This document shows, piece after piece, positions 13,615 to 25,340 of a DNA stretch of 64,000 nucleotides; position 1 is the first letter of the stretch, and each line of letters begins with the position of its first letter. The position numbers and the translations under genes are program-made. Below the pieces are notes generated by a model. That model saw nothing but the letters and a program-made list of their open reading frames with translations, did no database searches and was not told the DNA's origin. The stretch is from Peribolospora baueri. Its lineage: Eukaryota. Where the stretch lies: the NCBI GenBank assembly GCA_029717555.1, contig JAMDHS010000043.1:62001-126000 (forward strand). The letters run 5' to 3'.

Positions 13615-13642
13615 AAAGGCCGTCTACCACAACAACAATAAG

Positions 13643-15143
13643 ATGGGCGTATGCCTCTCAGGGGAGGACAAGGAGGCGCACGAGCGCAGCTTGGCGATCG
13701 ACAAGCAGATTGAGGAGGATAGTAGAAAGTTTAAGAAGGAGTGTAAGATTTTGTTGCTTGGTGAGTCGCCGAGGCCGAGGATGCTTCATAGTACGCGCAA
13801 CGCAGCCGGAGGCGGAGTTGCCCCTCGTTCTCTTTCCTCTCTTTTCTCCCTTTCCTCTCGCGCCCTCTCCGACACATCGTGCTCATCCGTTCCCTCCTCC
13901 CGCAGGCTCCGGCGAGTCCGGCAAGTCGACGATCGTAAAGCAAATGAAGATCATCCACCAGAACGGCTTTTCCCATGACGAACTCGTCTCCTTCCGTATG
14001 ACCGTCACCAAGAACCTCATCGACTCTGCTCAGGCCGTCGTCCTCGCCATGCGCAAGTTCAAGCTCGACCCGGTAGAACCGGACAACCGAACACACGCCG
14101 ACCGAATACTCCATTTCCGCCTAGACCTCCGCGACCCGGACGTCGAGTTGCCCTACGACATGGCCCAGGCGATCGACTCGCTCTGGCACGACCCCATCAT
14201 CCCCAGCTTGCTTGATCGCAGTAGCGATTTTTACCTCATGGACAGCGCGCCGTAGTGAGTCCGAGTTTCCTCTCGTCCGACCCCAGACCGAGGTCGCACT
14301 CGTCTCCCCTTCCTCCCTCTCGTCCGACCGCACACGGGGCGCGCCGCCGACTCTCCTTTTCTTCCCAGTTTCTTCGCCGAGGTCCACCGGATCCTCGCGC
14401 GAGACTACCTGCCGACGGAGAACGACGTTCTGCGAGCAAGAACAAAGACGACGGGCATCGCCGAGACGCGCTTCTCCATGGGCCAGCTCTCCATCCACCT
14501 TTTCGACGTTGGCGGCCAGCGCAGCGAGCGGAAGAAGTGGATTCATTGCTTCGAGGCGGTGACGAGCATCATCTTCTGCGTCGCTCTCAGCGAGTACGAT
14601 CAGGTGCTCCTTGAGGAGACCCAGCAGAATCGAATGGAGGAGTCGTTGATCCTATTCGAGTCGGTCGTCAACTCGAGGTGGTTCTCTCGAACGAGCATCA
14701 TCCTCTTCTTGAACAAGATTGACGTCTTTAGGGCAAAGCTGCCGAGAGTGCCCTTGGAGAAGTACTTTCCCGAGTATACCGGTCAGTCGAGTCTTTTCTC
14801 GGCGAGCGGCGAAGAAAGGGGGACCGGCGGCCCCTTCGGGACGCTGATGCTGATGCTTTGCGCTCTCTCTCTCGCTTCCCTCCTCGCCAGGCGGCGCGGA
14901 CATCAACAAGGCGGCAAAGTATATCCTGTACAAATTCACTCAGACGAACCGAGCGCGATTGAGCATTTACCCTCAGTGAGCTCTGTCCGGCCCGGTGGCT
15001 TCGATAATTCGATGGCTGACGCCCGCCCGCTCCTTTTCCGCAGCTTGACCCAAGCCACCGACACATCCAACATTCGACTCGTCTTTGCCGCCGTCAAGGA
15101 GACCATCCTCCAGAATGCCCTCCGAGATAGCGGCATCCTCTGA
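13643..15143 (+). CDS. Heterotrimeric G-protein alpha subunit, fungal group III (cAMP pathway; Ustilago Gpa3 / Cryptococcus Gpa1-like)
   Basis: MGVCLS lipidation-type start, [81 protein letters not shown]. Confidence 0.96.
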
Positions 15144-15945
15144 GCCGAGCCCCTCCTCCTCCCATCCTCCGTCTCCTCTGCGCTTGTTCCATCCTCTCTC
15201 TGTCTTGGCCGTTTTTGTTCCTCGCGTCCCATCCCATCCCATCCCATCCCATCCCGTGCCTCGGGTCTCCTTCGCCCCGTCTAGTCTAGTCTCGTCTTGT
15301 TTGTATCCACGGATGTTCGTTCGTCACATTGGTCCCATCTAGTTTTCCTCCCTCCCTCCCTCCCTCTTACCCTCCGTCCGTCCGTCCATCTATTCATCCC
15401 TCCATCCTTCCTTACATCCCTCCTTCCCTCCCTCCTTTAGGGAAATATTGAAGCTGCATATTCATATTCATGTTAATGTTCTGCTAGCTCGACGGACACG
15501 CGTCCGCCGGTCGCTCGCTCGCTCGTTGGTGTGGGGTGTGGGTGGTCGTCGTCGTCGTCGTGAAACTCGTTCGTCGGCGCTGGAATGCGCACGCTGTTCG
15601 ACTCGACGAGACGAGTGGCGAATCGAATCGAATCCAATCCAATCCAATCCAATCGATTTCAATCGGCGGCGGAGGAAGGGGACGGAGAGGGTACACGCGG
15701 CGAGATGGGCATGCATCCACGCACCACGTTGCTTGCTTGCTTCGAGGTCAGGTGGGGCCGATCGATGCGATGACGCGCCGTCGGGTTGGGTCGAGTCGAG
15801 TCGAGTCGAATCGATCTATCGTCAGACCATCATCCCTCATTTCTCATCATCATCCCTTTCTTCCCCCTGTCCTCCGTCCTCCGTCCCTCCCTTCCCCCAA
15901 AACCCCACTTAACCCTTCACGAACGCACGCCTTCCTCCCTCTTTC

Positions 15946-17472
15946 ATGTCCTATTACCGCGGGTCAAACTACCCGCCCGCACCGCCTCCCGGTGGATACG
16001 ACTATGAGTATGGCGCCGCTGGTGGCGGTGGTAGGCCGCCCCCACCAGCAGCAGGAGAGGGAGGAGGGGGAGGGTACGGTCCGCCTCCGCCGGGGTACGG
16101 CCATGGTCGTGAGTGCTGGTCCACCGTGGTTGTATATGTCGATGTCTTTCTTACCTTGCTCCTTGCTTCTTGCTTCTTGCTTCGTAGCTCCCCCTCCTGC
16201 CGGCGGAAGGCGTGCCCCTCCGGTGTCGTATGGCACCGGCCCACCGCCTGGCGCCGACCCTCAGCTGTGGTGAGTAGCGCTATCGGTGACGCATGGGCCC
16301 CTTGCTACCTTCTCACCCTGCCCTCCTTCTCCTCCTTCTCCTCCTTCTCCTCCTTCTCCTCGCCCCCAGGTCCTGGTTCCAGTCCGTAGACCGCGACCGT
16401 TCCGGCAGCATCAACGCCGCCGAGCTCCAGTCGGCCCTCGTCAACGGCGACTGGACGCCCTTTGATCTCGACACCGTCAAGCTGCTCATGACCATCTTTG
16501 ACGTCGACCATTCTGGCACGATCACCTTTAATGAGGTCCGTCCCTCCCTTCTCCTCTTCCTCTTCCTCTTCCTCCTCTCTCGTCTTTTCCTCCCCTGTTT
16601 ACCCTCAACCCTCCTCTTATCCCTTCTTCCAGTTTGGAGGACTCTGGCGCTACGTACAGGACTGGCAAGGGTGAGTATCCAGTGCGCCGGCGGAGGCCGA
16701 ACGCCGCTCGCCCTTCTCTGACCCTCCACTCCTTCCTATGTGGCGCTTCAGCGTATTCCGCCACTTCGACCGTGACCGCTCCGGCGGCATCGATGAGCGT
16801 GAGCTCACGGACGCTTTGCGTTCCTTCGGTTATCACCTCCCCCATCGAGTCATTGCTACCATAAGGTGAGGCCGGACAGTCGATCGACCCCGCCTTGCAC
16901 TCCTTCCCCTCACCTCGTCTCTCCGTCTGCTTTCGGTCCCGCTCTCTGTCTCTCTCTCCAGTCGCAAGTACGGTAAGCCTTCTGGTTCGTCTGTCCTCCC
17001 TGTCCTCTCTGCCGCCTGCCGTACCTCCTCTCTGACCACCCTCTGACGTCTGCGCCTGTCTTTTCGTCTCTTTTCGACTTGCGACCTCCCCCCTTGTCTC
17101 TTTCACCCATTGTGGCGCAGATCTTCAAGGCTCCATCAACTCGAACCCGGCGCTACCCGGGAGCATCACCTTTGACCGCTTCGTTCGCGCATGCGTCGTC
17201 GTCAAGACGCTGACGGAGAAGTGAGCGTCGTCCTGCTTCCTCGGTCATAAGCGCCCGCTCCTCATCTCGTCTTCTCCTTTTGCTCTTCTCGGCAGCTTCC
17301 AACGGCTCGACAAAGATCGCGACGGTTGGGTTCAGGTGAGAGCAACGTTCCTCCTTGCCTCGAACCCACAACCGAACCGAGCCGTGGCGCTCATCTTCCC
17401 GTCCGTCCCGCCCTGTTTCGTCTCCAGATCAACTACGACACCTTTATGGAGCTCGCCCTCTCTGCCCCGTGA
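15946..17472 (+). CDS. PEF1: Penta-EF-hand calcium-binding protein (Peflin/ALG-2 family)
   Basis: Gly/Pro/Tyr-rich N-terminus; EF loops DRDRSGSINAAE, DVDHSGTITFNE and DRDRSGGIDERE; ITFDRFVRACVVVKTLTE; ends INYDTFMELALSAP*. Includes an 11-nt microexon at 16961-16971. Confidence 0.92.
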
Positions 17473-17847
17473 ACGAACGCCGCGGCTCCTTGCTCCTTTT
17501 TTTTTTCGCGCCGTCCTGTGCCTGCCCATCGCTCGTTCGTCCGTCCGTCCGCTATGCGAACGCCCGTTCCTCCCCGCTCTTTCGCACTCGCTTCCTTACA
17601 TGTACAAGTTAGTGTCTTTTCTCGTCTGTCTATGCCTGTCTTTCCCTTCGATCTGGACCTGGAGCCATCTCGCGGGACGGAACGCCTGCGGTCGGGGACC
17701 GTGCACGGGCCGCCGGAGCCTCGCCGTACGTCATGTGACGGATACTATTGCTCCTTCTCAAACGCGAACCTCTTCTTCCCCCCGGTCGGCGCCTCGCGTG
17801 AGAACGAACGCACACCGCCCGCCCGACCGTCCATCCGTCCGTCCGTC

Positions 17848-19540
17848 ATGCCCGTCCACTTCTTTGCCGAATTCATCAGCAACCGGCTAGAGCTTGGGAC
17901 GCTGGCCTATGCGGCCGCCGCGCTGATTGGCACGACGTTTGTGAGAGGGTGGGCAAAGGGAAAGAAGAATGTTTGGGAGAGGGATCTGCACGGTAGGGTC
18001 GTCTTGCTCTCGGTGAGTCAGTCGCTCGCCCCGTCGCTATTCGTGGCCTTGTCGCGACGGATGGTTTTTCGCTTTCTCGTCTTACACCTCGTCGTCGTCG
18101 TCGTCGTCGCACAGGGTGGCCTCTCCGGCATCGGCCTCGTCGTCCTCCATGAGCTGGCGTCGCGCGGAGCACAGGTCGTCGCCCTGACGCCCGACCTCCG
18201 CTCTCCAGAGACGCAACAGCTGATCCGGGCGGTGCGGGACGCGACGTCCAACGAGCTCGTCTACGCCGAGCAGTGCGACATGGCCTCTCTGCTCTCCGTC
18301 GCCGAGTTTTGCGAACGCTGGAACAAGGCTCCCGAGCCGAGGAGGGTGGACATTGTGTGCTTCTGTCCCGAGGGACCCGGTGGCGTGGCGGCGGACGAGG
18401 CGGGGTACGTGGTAGGGGAGGGCAGGAAGGAGACGAGGGACGAAGGTGTGGAGCTCCATCACGGCTTGGACGTCCTGTCTCGCTTGCTCCTCATCAACGC
18501 CCTCCTACCCTCGCTCCTCCTTCTCCCCCCGGATCGTAACATTCGCATCATTCACGTCATCTCGCCCTTCTACGCCGCCTCCGCCGCCGCCTCCTCCGGC
18601 CCCGGCGCCTCCTCCTTCGACCCCTCCGACCTCGACTGGCGCACCCGCCCCTGGCCCCGCTGGGAGCCCTGGCGAGCAGCGGGAGCGAGCGCCACCGAGT
18701 CCCTCCTCCTCAACCGCGAGCTCCAGCGCAGGCTCGACGTGCTCGCCGCCGCCGACAAGCGGCCCGTGGAGACGATCGCGCCGGGCATCTCGGAGGACAT
18801 GATCGACGGCGCCCGACGCTCCGATCCCGACGGAGTGCCGAGGCCGAGGCAGAGGCCGAGGCAGTCGCAATCGCCCGCGCAAGGGAGAGAGGCCAACATC
18901 GTCAGCCTCGCCGTCTGCCCCGGCTTCTGTCGTTCCACCTTCCTCGCCCCCCTCTTCTCCCCTTCACCCTTCCGCTCGCCTCCTCTAAGCGCGCTCCTCT
19001 GGCTCATCACCCTCCTCGCCTGGCCGCTCATCTGGCTCGTGACAAAATCACCCTCGGACGCGGCGCAGACCGTGCTGTTTGCCATGTGCGCGCCCATGGA
19101 TCGCTCTCTGAGCTTGCGGACGGCCGTGGGGGCCGACGGCAAGGCCGTCGACGCCGTCGGCGGCGGCGGCGGCGGCGTTGGGAAGACGGACGGAGGAGGG
19201 GATGCGTCGAGGGGCGGGGTGCGGGGGGGAGAGTGCTATCGAGAGTGCGACCTCATTCGGTGAGATTCGTTTTTCTTCTTCTTTCTTTTTTCACCCGCCC
19301 TGACTCGTCGGGCGTCCCCTCGCTCTCTTCCCTCACGCCGCAACCCTCGTCAGGCCTCCGCTGCCACCGGACGCCATCGCAAACGCCGAGTACGGCAAAC
19401 GACTGTGGGCGGCGGAAGAGAAGCTCGTGGAGGCCGCGCTAGAGCGCGCGAAGCGACGAGAGGAGGAGCTCGTCAGGCAGGCCGTGAAGGAGGGCGAGCG
19501 CGGCACGGCGGCGACGGCGGTGGAGGAGGCCGGGCTGTAG
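17848..19540 (+). CDS. Membrane-anchored SDR-fold NAD(P)-binding protein, Pbr1/YNL181W-like
   Basis: Hydrophobic N-terminus, WERDLHGRVVLLS|GGLSGIG, NELVYAEQCDMASLLSV, LPSLLLLPPDRNIRIIHV, WLVTKSP, GGECYREC. Confidence 0.75.
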
Positions 19541-20233
19541 TCGTGAATGTCATGCGTCGGGGTGGCCTACATACGTGTACTGAACAGACGTTTCCGACGA
19601 AGGGGGAGGGCAAGGGTCTGGTCATGCAGCTGACTAGCGACCGATGACATGCGTCGCCCTCGGCTCGCTCGACGACCGCGGGGACACGGACGGACGGGAC
19701 TGCTTCACTGGTCGTCCCACCGTTCGCACTCGCCGACCCTCTGTCCGGGTCGGGATTGAGAAGAGGCAGTCGCGAGCCATCGGCGGCTAGCCCTCGCTTT
19801 CCTTTCTTCCACGAGCGTCCACATGAGAGAAGAGAGGGGGAGCCTGTTGTTGAAGCGGAAGCACGCACATCGGACGGAACGCCGTCGGCATCGTCGAGCC
19901 CTTGCAGACGCTTTCTTTCCGAATCGGTCGTGCAATGCACGACACGAGAAACCAAAGGTGAAAAGGTGAGACCATCCCATCAAACCACCGCCTCCGTCGC
20001 TCGCTCGTAGGGTCGCGTCTTTCGGCGTGTGCCGTTTACGCGAGACCCCGCCCCGCCGTTCTCTGACGGCAGCGCGGTGGATGTAAGCGGGACGCCGGTT
20101 CGAGCGGGTCGGTCGCCGATATGAACGGACGGACATAACCACGTCCGTCGAGCCCGACGCCCGACGACGGTGCCTACACGCCCCAACCGTCCCGGCACCA
20201 CGACGCGTCACGAGACGGTGGGCGGCCGTGCAT

Positions 20234-20242
20234 TTATATAAG
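20234..20242 (+). promoter_or_regulatory. Candidate TATA box upstream of the AKR7-like pseudogene
   Basis: TTATATAAG in a GC-rich context, about 65 nt before ATG 20304. Confidence 0.35.
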
Positions 20243-20303
20243 ACGGGCGTCGTATCGTCGTCGTCGCTCGCTCGGCGCCCCGACACCGACCGCCCGACCC
20301 GCC

Positions 20304-21258
20304 ATGTCGACGTCGCCCGCCGTCAAGGCCGTGCTCGGCACGGCCACCTTCGCCGATGTTCCCGGAGCGAGCTTCAGCGACGCCGCGGACCTCTCCGCGC
20401 TATTCACTCTATTCAGCCAAGCTGGCTATCGCGAGGTCGAGGTCGCGGGGACCTACGACGGCATCACTGGCGAGGGCCTTCATACTACCGAACGCACCAT
20501 CGCTGCCATCGACGCCGCCCAAGGGCTAGCGGTGAGCACCAAACTCCCCCCTCCGCAGCGCGGGCTTCCGTCACACGCTGGCCGAAGCCAGGGCGGGTCT
20601 GCATGCCTCGCTCAAGGCCCTCCGTCGGTCCAAGGTCGACATTCTCTACTTTCACCAACCTGACCGCGAGAACGCCTCTCGACGAACAGGCGCGTGCCGT
20701 GCACGCGCTCCACAAGCAAGGCCTGTTCGAGCGCTTCGGCGTGTCGAACATGAGGCCGGCCGAGGTCGAGGAGCTAGTGCGGATCGCCAAGAAGGACGCA
20801 AGCACAGCATCGCTTTTTACGCTTACAGCCCGCTCGGCGGCAGATTCCTCCGGGCAACCTCCGCAAGGGCGGCCAACACGACCTGGGCAGCCAATGGGAT
20901 CCGCAGCGGCGGGCCGTCTTCTTCACCAAGCTTTTCGACAAGGACGCCCTGTACGACGCCCTGGACGAGCTGGAGCGGCTCGCCGACGCGCATGGCCTGA
21001 CCACATGCACGTTGCGATGCACCTCAGCCGTATGCACTGGCCTACACAAGGCGAGTGATCGCTCTCCGTTGGCTCCGTCACCACTCCCACCTCTCCGCCG
21101 ACACCGGCGACGCCGTCCTCTTAGGCGTGTCCAAGCTGCGGCACTTTGAGAGCAACCTGCGCGACTTCCGAGGCGGGCCCTTGCCCGCCAAGCTCGTCGA
21201 GCAGGTGGACGTGGTCTGGGAGGCGGCCAAGGCGGATCCGCCACGCCCTTATGCTTAG
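20304..21258 (+). pseudogene. Disrupted aflatoxin B1-aldehyde reductase (AKR7)-like aldo-keto reductase
   Basis: AKR7-type blocks sit in different frames: VLGTATF..STKL / HASLKALRRSKVDILYFHQPDR / TPLDEQARAVHALHKQGLFERFGVSNM / RKHSIAFYAYSPLGGRFL / LERLADAHGLT / IALRWLRHHSHL..GPLP. The PTVYQG..N block is missing. Confidence 0.8.
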
Positions 21259-22002
21259 GCGTCGAGCTGGGAAGCATCCGTACAGCTTTCTCTATTCCTT
21301 CCTTCCTTCCTTCCTTTGCGTGGGCCGGCCCGTTCTGGTGTCTCTTCGTACTTGGCAGACCAGGGAGCGTGCTGGAGCCGTCGCAGTTTGCGATCCATGG
21401 AGCATCGAGTGATTCTCGTGCAGATTCCGCCATTCCTCCGTCAGATCGATGGCCCCCTTAGATGCCTGCTTTCGGTCCGCCCAAGCGACCACACGGACGC
21501 CTCGGCGGAGACCTCAGTCCTCCCAACCACGACTTGGAGGAGGCGAGGGAGGGGGCCGGTGAGCCAGCACGTTCGCGGACTGCGGCAACCCGGTCACATG
21601 GTCCGTCCCCCTCCCTCCCTCCCTCCCTCGACGCGCTGTACGACGCGAGACTCACGTCTGGCGACGTCATCTCTAATCTATGTAGGTCAGGGTCGACGCC
21701 GACGTCATGTCGAGTGGATGTTGTGAGGCGGGCGTCGGAAATGGTGTATGCTGACGGGCGCCTCGAGATGTTAATCCGTCGCTGTCGCCGGGGCTGCCGA
21801 GATCGGCGGGTTGTCTGTGACGGCACCTGCGCGGCGCGTCTGGCCGGTTGCTAAGGTCGATCGATGTGTGGAGCGTCGAGCGAGTGGAGCACGTCTGTCG
21901 GCCACCGCCATTGCAGGAAAAAAAAAAAAGAAGTCGCGACTACGTTTACTTCGGTCCCTCCCGCACTACCCTACCCGCCTTACGATAAGCTCGTGTGTGA
22001 CC

Positions 22003-23868
22003 ATGGTGTGAGTAACGTACGTCGAGCGCGACCGACACCGACGTGGGCCCGTTTGATCATCGCCCTTCTCTTTCCTCTTGTCCCGACACGCTGGCTCTGG
22101 CAGGTTCGGCTTCGGGACGACGAAGCATTTCGAAGCGGATCAGATCCCGCGTCTGGACGGCAAGGTGGCCATCGTGACCGGCTCAAACAGCGGCATTGGC
22201 AAGGAGACTGCTGCCGAGCTTGCCTTGCACGGCGCACATGTGTGAGTGTTGGAAGGCGACGGCGCGGCGATCCTTGATGATGAATCAGTCCGCCCTGTCG
22301 CCGCTCATGTTCTTTCGTCAATCTCGCGTCCCTCGTTCCCGTGCCGTGCCCTTAGCGTCCTCGCATGTCGTAACGAGGAAAGGGCGAGCGAGGCCGCGGA
22401 GCAGATCCGCGCTCGGATCGACGCGGCCGACGGCGACGACGGCCGCGCCAAGGGCTCTGTATCGACGGGAAAGCTGGATCTGTCGGACTTGAAGTCGGTG
22501 AAAGCGTTCGCCGGCGAGTTCCTGGTGAGCGCTTGAGCGGACGATGCAGCGCTGTGTGACAGGGTCGAATCGAATGTTATGCTCCCCATCGCCACTCGCA
22601 GGCTACACACGACCGCCTCGACATCCTCGTCCTGAATGCGGCGAGAATCATACCGACGTTTTCGACTGCCACGTCGCCGGTTCACGAACGTGCGTGCCGG
22701 CACGCTCATTTCCGCCGTTGACTTGGGCGGGCAGTTGTGTTCAAACTCTTTTCCAACGCTCATCCCTGCTCTTCTTCTTCTTCTTTGGCTTCGAACCGAA
22801 CCGAACCGGCCCGGCCGTCCGTGTCCAGTGACGTTCGTGACCAATCACCTCGGTCATTTCTACCTCACCTCGCTGCTTCTCCCGACCGTCGTGCGGAGCG
22901 GGGAGGACAATGGAGAGGGTGCGCGGATCGTCGTCGTCGCCGGTGAGTGTGGCCCGGGAGGACGGAGGAAGGAGATAGATGGCCAAGAGCGCCGCTTCAT
23001 GCTGACTTGACGGTGCCTGATCGCACACGCCGGCGGCCAGCGGACGTGATGGAGTGGATGGACTGGATGCCGTTCGGGGGGCATAGGAAGGAATCAGTGT
23101 GCAAGCTGGAGGAGATAGACGACCAAAAGCAGTACGCCAGCTTCCGAGCCTATTCACGCACAAAAGTCCACAACGTCCTCTTCTGCAGACGTCTCGCGGC
23201 GCTGATCGAGCGAGCATACGACGGGGAGGCGAACGTATATGTGAACGCCCTCCATCCTGGAGGCGTTACGAGTGAGATGTGAGTGTGGGAGGTGGGTTGT
23301 CGGTCGTCTATCGGACCGGGGAACTAGTCTGACCCCCCCCCCCCCCCATCCATCCATCCATCCATCCATCCATCCATCCGATCCGATCCGATCGCGCTTC
23401 GTTGGCAGCGGACTACCGTCTCGCCATGCGAACGGAGACACCGAGCCGGGCGTATTAGAGCATCTGATCAAATGGGCGCTCGTCACGTTCGAAGGGTGGA
23501 TCCATGTGTCGGTGGAACGCGGGGCGCTGACGAGCTTGTATGTGGCGACGAGCGGGGAGATTAAGGAGAAGGGGTATCGGGGGCGGACGTTTGTGAGTGC
23601 CCATCCGTCTCGGGTCTGTTTCGGCGGTCGGTGAGCGGTGGGGCGCTCGCTCGCTCATCCATGCATGCGTGCACGCGTACGTGCGTGCACGCATACACCT
23701 TTTTTCTTTCGCAAACAGATCCCGTACGGCGTGGTGAGCGAACCTGCATCGGTGTGCAAGGACGAGGAGACTATGAGGGAGCTGTGGGCGCTGTCGAAGC
23801 GGCTGGTGGGGGAGGCGATGGGCGCGGAGGAGGGCGATAAGGTGTTTGCTGAGTTGGAGGCGAAGTGA
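22003..23868 (+). CDS. Short-chain dehydrogenase/reductase, retinol dehydrogenase/WWOX-like
   Basis: 5-nt first exon (ATGGT), then DGKVAIVTGSNSGIG, LDLSDLKSV, LDILVLNAA, TNHLGHFYLT, YSRTK (YxxxK), NALHPGGV, GALTSLYVAT, LWALS. Confidence 0.9.
23347..23390. repeat. (ATCC)n / (ATCCG)n intronic microsatellite following a poly-C run
   Basis: Directly visible tandem units in an SDR intron. Confidence 0.85.
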
Positions 23869-25340
23869 TGCGGGTAGTAGCTGGCTTGGGGTTAGGAGGA
23901 TTTGTCTCTTGTCTTTCGTCCATCTATCTATCCATCCATCCATCGTATCGTATCGTAACTTCTTATCGTATCGCATCGTATCGTCGTCTCGTCTCGCCGT
24001 CCGCGTCCGTCCCGACGCGCTTTTTGCTAATTATCTTCTTTGCCTCTAGCGAGCCCACGCCTTGGATGCCCGACGAGGAGCGGTGGCAAAGCGAGCGAGG
24101 GGAACACCGTAGTCTCGATTCTCACACAAACACAAACACGCTTCTTCTCTTGTGCGAGCCACGCGATGTACATGCCTGCCTGCCTGCCCGCTTGATTGAT
24201 TGCCTGCCCGCCTCGTCGGTGGAGGCGGACCGGGAACCGGGAGCTGGTGCTAGGTGCTGCTGTATAACGACGAGGCGATGACCGGTTGAGGGTTGTAATG
24301 GCGATTTGTAATCTTACTAGCGAGAGTGAATCCCGATCCTTTCTTCTTTTCCTTCGCCGACGCGGGTTTGAATTTTTTTTTTATGTCTGTCTCGTCGGCG
24401 GCCGTTGGTAGGCTTGAGGGGAGCGCACGCACAAACGCACGCACGTACACTCCGCTTTCTCTTCCTTCCTTCCTTCCTTTCCTCTCCTCCACCGTTCATC
24501 GAAGAGACGACCGACGCTGTTCGTCTGTTCGTTCGTTTGTTCGACTCGACTCGTTTCGGATTCGACTCGAATCGACCCCGACCCTAACCCCGACCCGGTC
24601 CCACCTTAACCCTCGACTTGGCCTCGACTTGGCCTCGCTCGACTCGATCCTCTTCCTCCTTCCTCCTTCCAGTCCAGCCACCGACGCTCGACACTCTCCC
24701 GGTTCCCAGCCTCGCCTCCTCCTTCCTCTTTCTCCTCCACTCGCCTTTTTCTCTGCCCGCACTACCGACTTCGGTGTGGTAGAGAGAAAAAAAAAGAGAG
24801 TAGTCTAGGCAGACCAGAGAGGCAGACGGACAGACAAGACAGACAGACGCTCGTCTTTCTCCGTCCTTCGTCCTTCTTGGCGCCTCTTTCTTCCCCTTGC
24901 CCCTTCATTGCCCACCCTTGCCCTTGAAAACCGCTCGTCGCTTGGCAGCGCTTGCGCCTCTCCGTCTCGTCTCGTTCGTCTCGATTCTCGCTCTCGCTAT
25001 CAGAGAGACAGACAAAGACGAGACAACTGACGACAAAAACCGGCTTCGAGCGAGACAAGCGAACACCGTCGTCGATCGACGTTGCCCGTCTCCACCGTCG
25101 TCGTCCTTGTTCCCCTCGCCGGTATCGCCATCACCATCGCCATCGCGTGATTGACGACAGTGACGACTCGACTCAAACAGACTCCAACGACCGACCGACG
25201 TCACGTCCAGGCGACCCGACCCGCGCTCGACTCGCGCTCGACCGCCACCCTCTTCTTCCTCTTCTACCATCCCGCCACCGCCCATCACCACCACCACCAC
25301 CACCACGCCCGCTCACACAAGCCATCCCTCCCTCCGTAGA

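Noticed and set aside
17848..23868. Three tandem oxidoreductase loci as a metabolic cluster
   Set aside because: They belong to unrelated families, one is a pseudogene and one is housekeeping-like, and no backbone enzyme is nearby.
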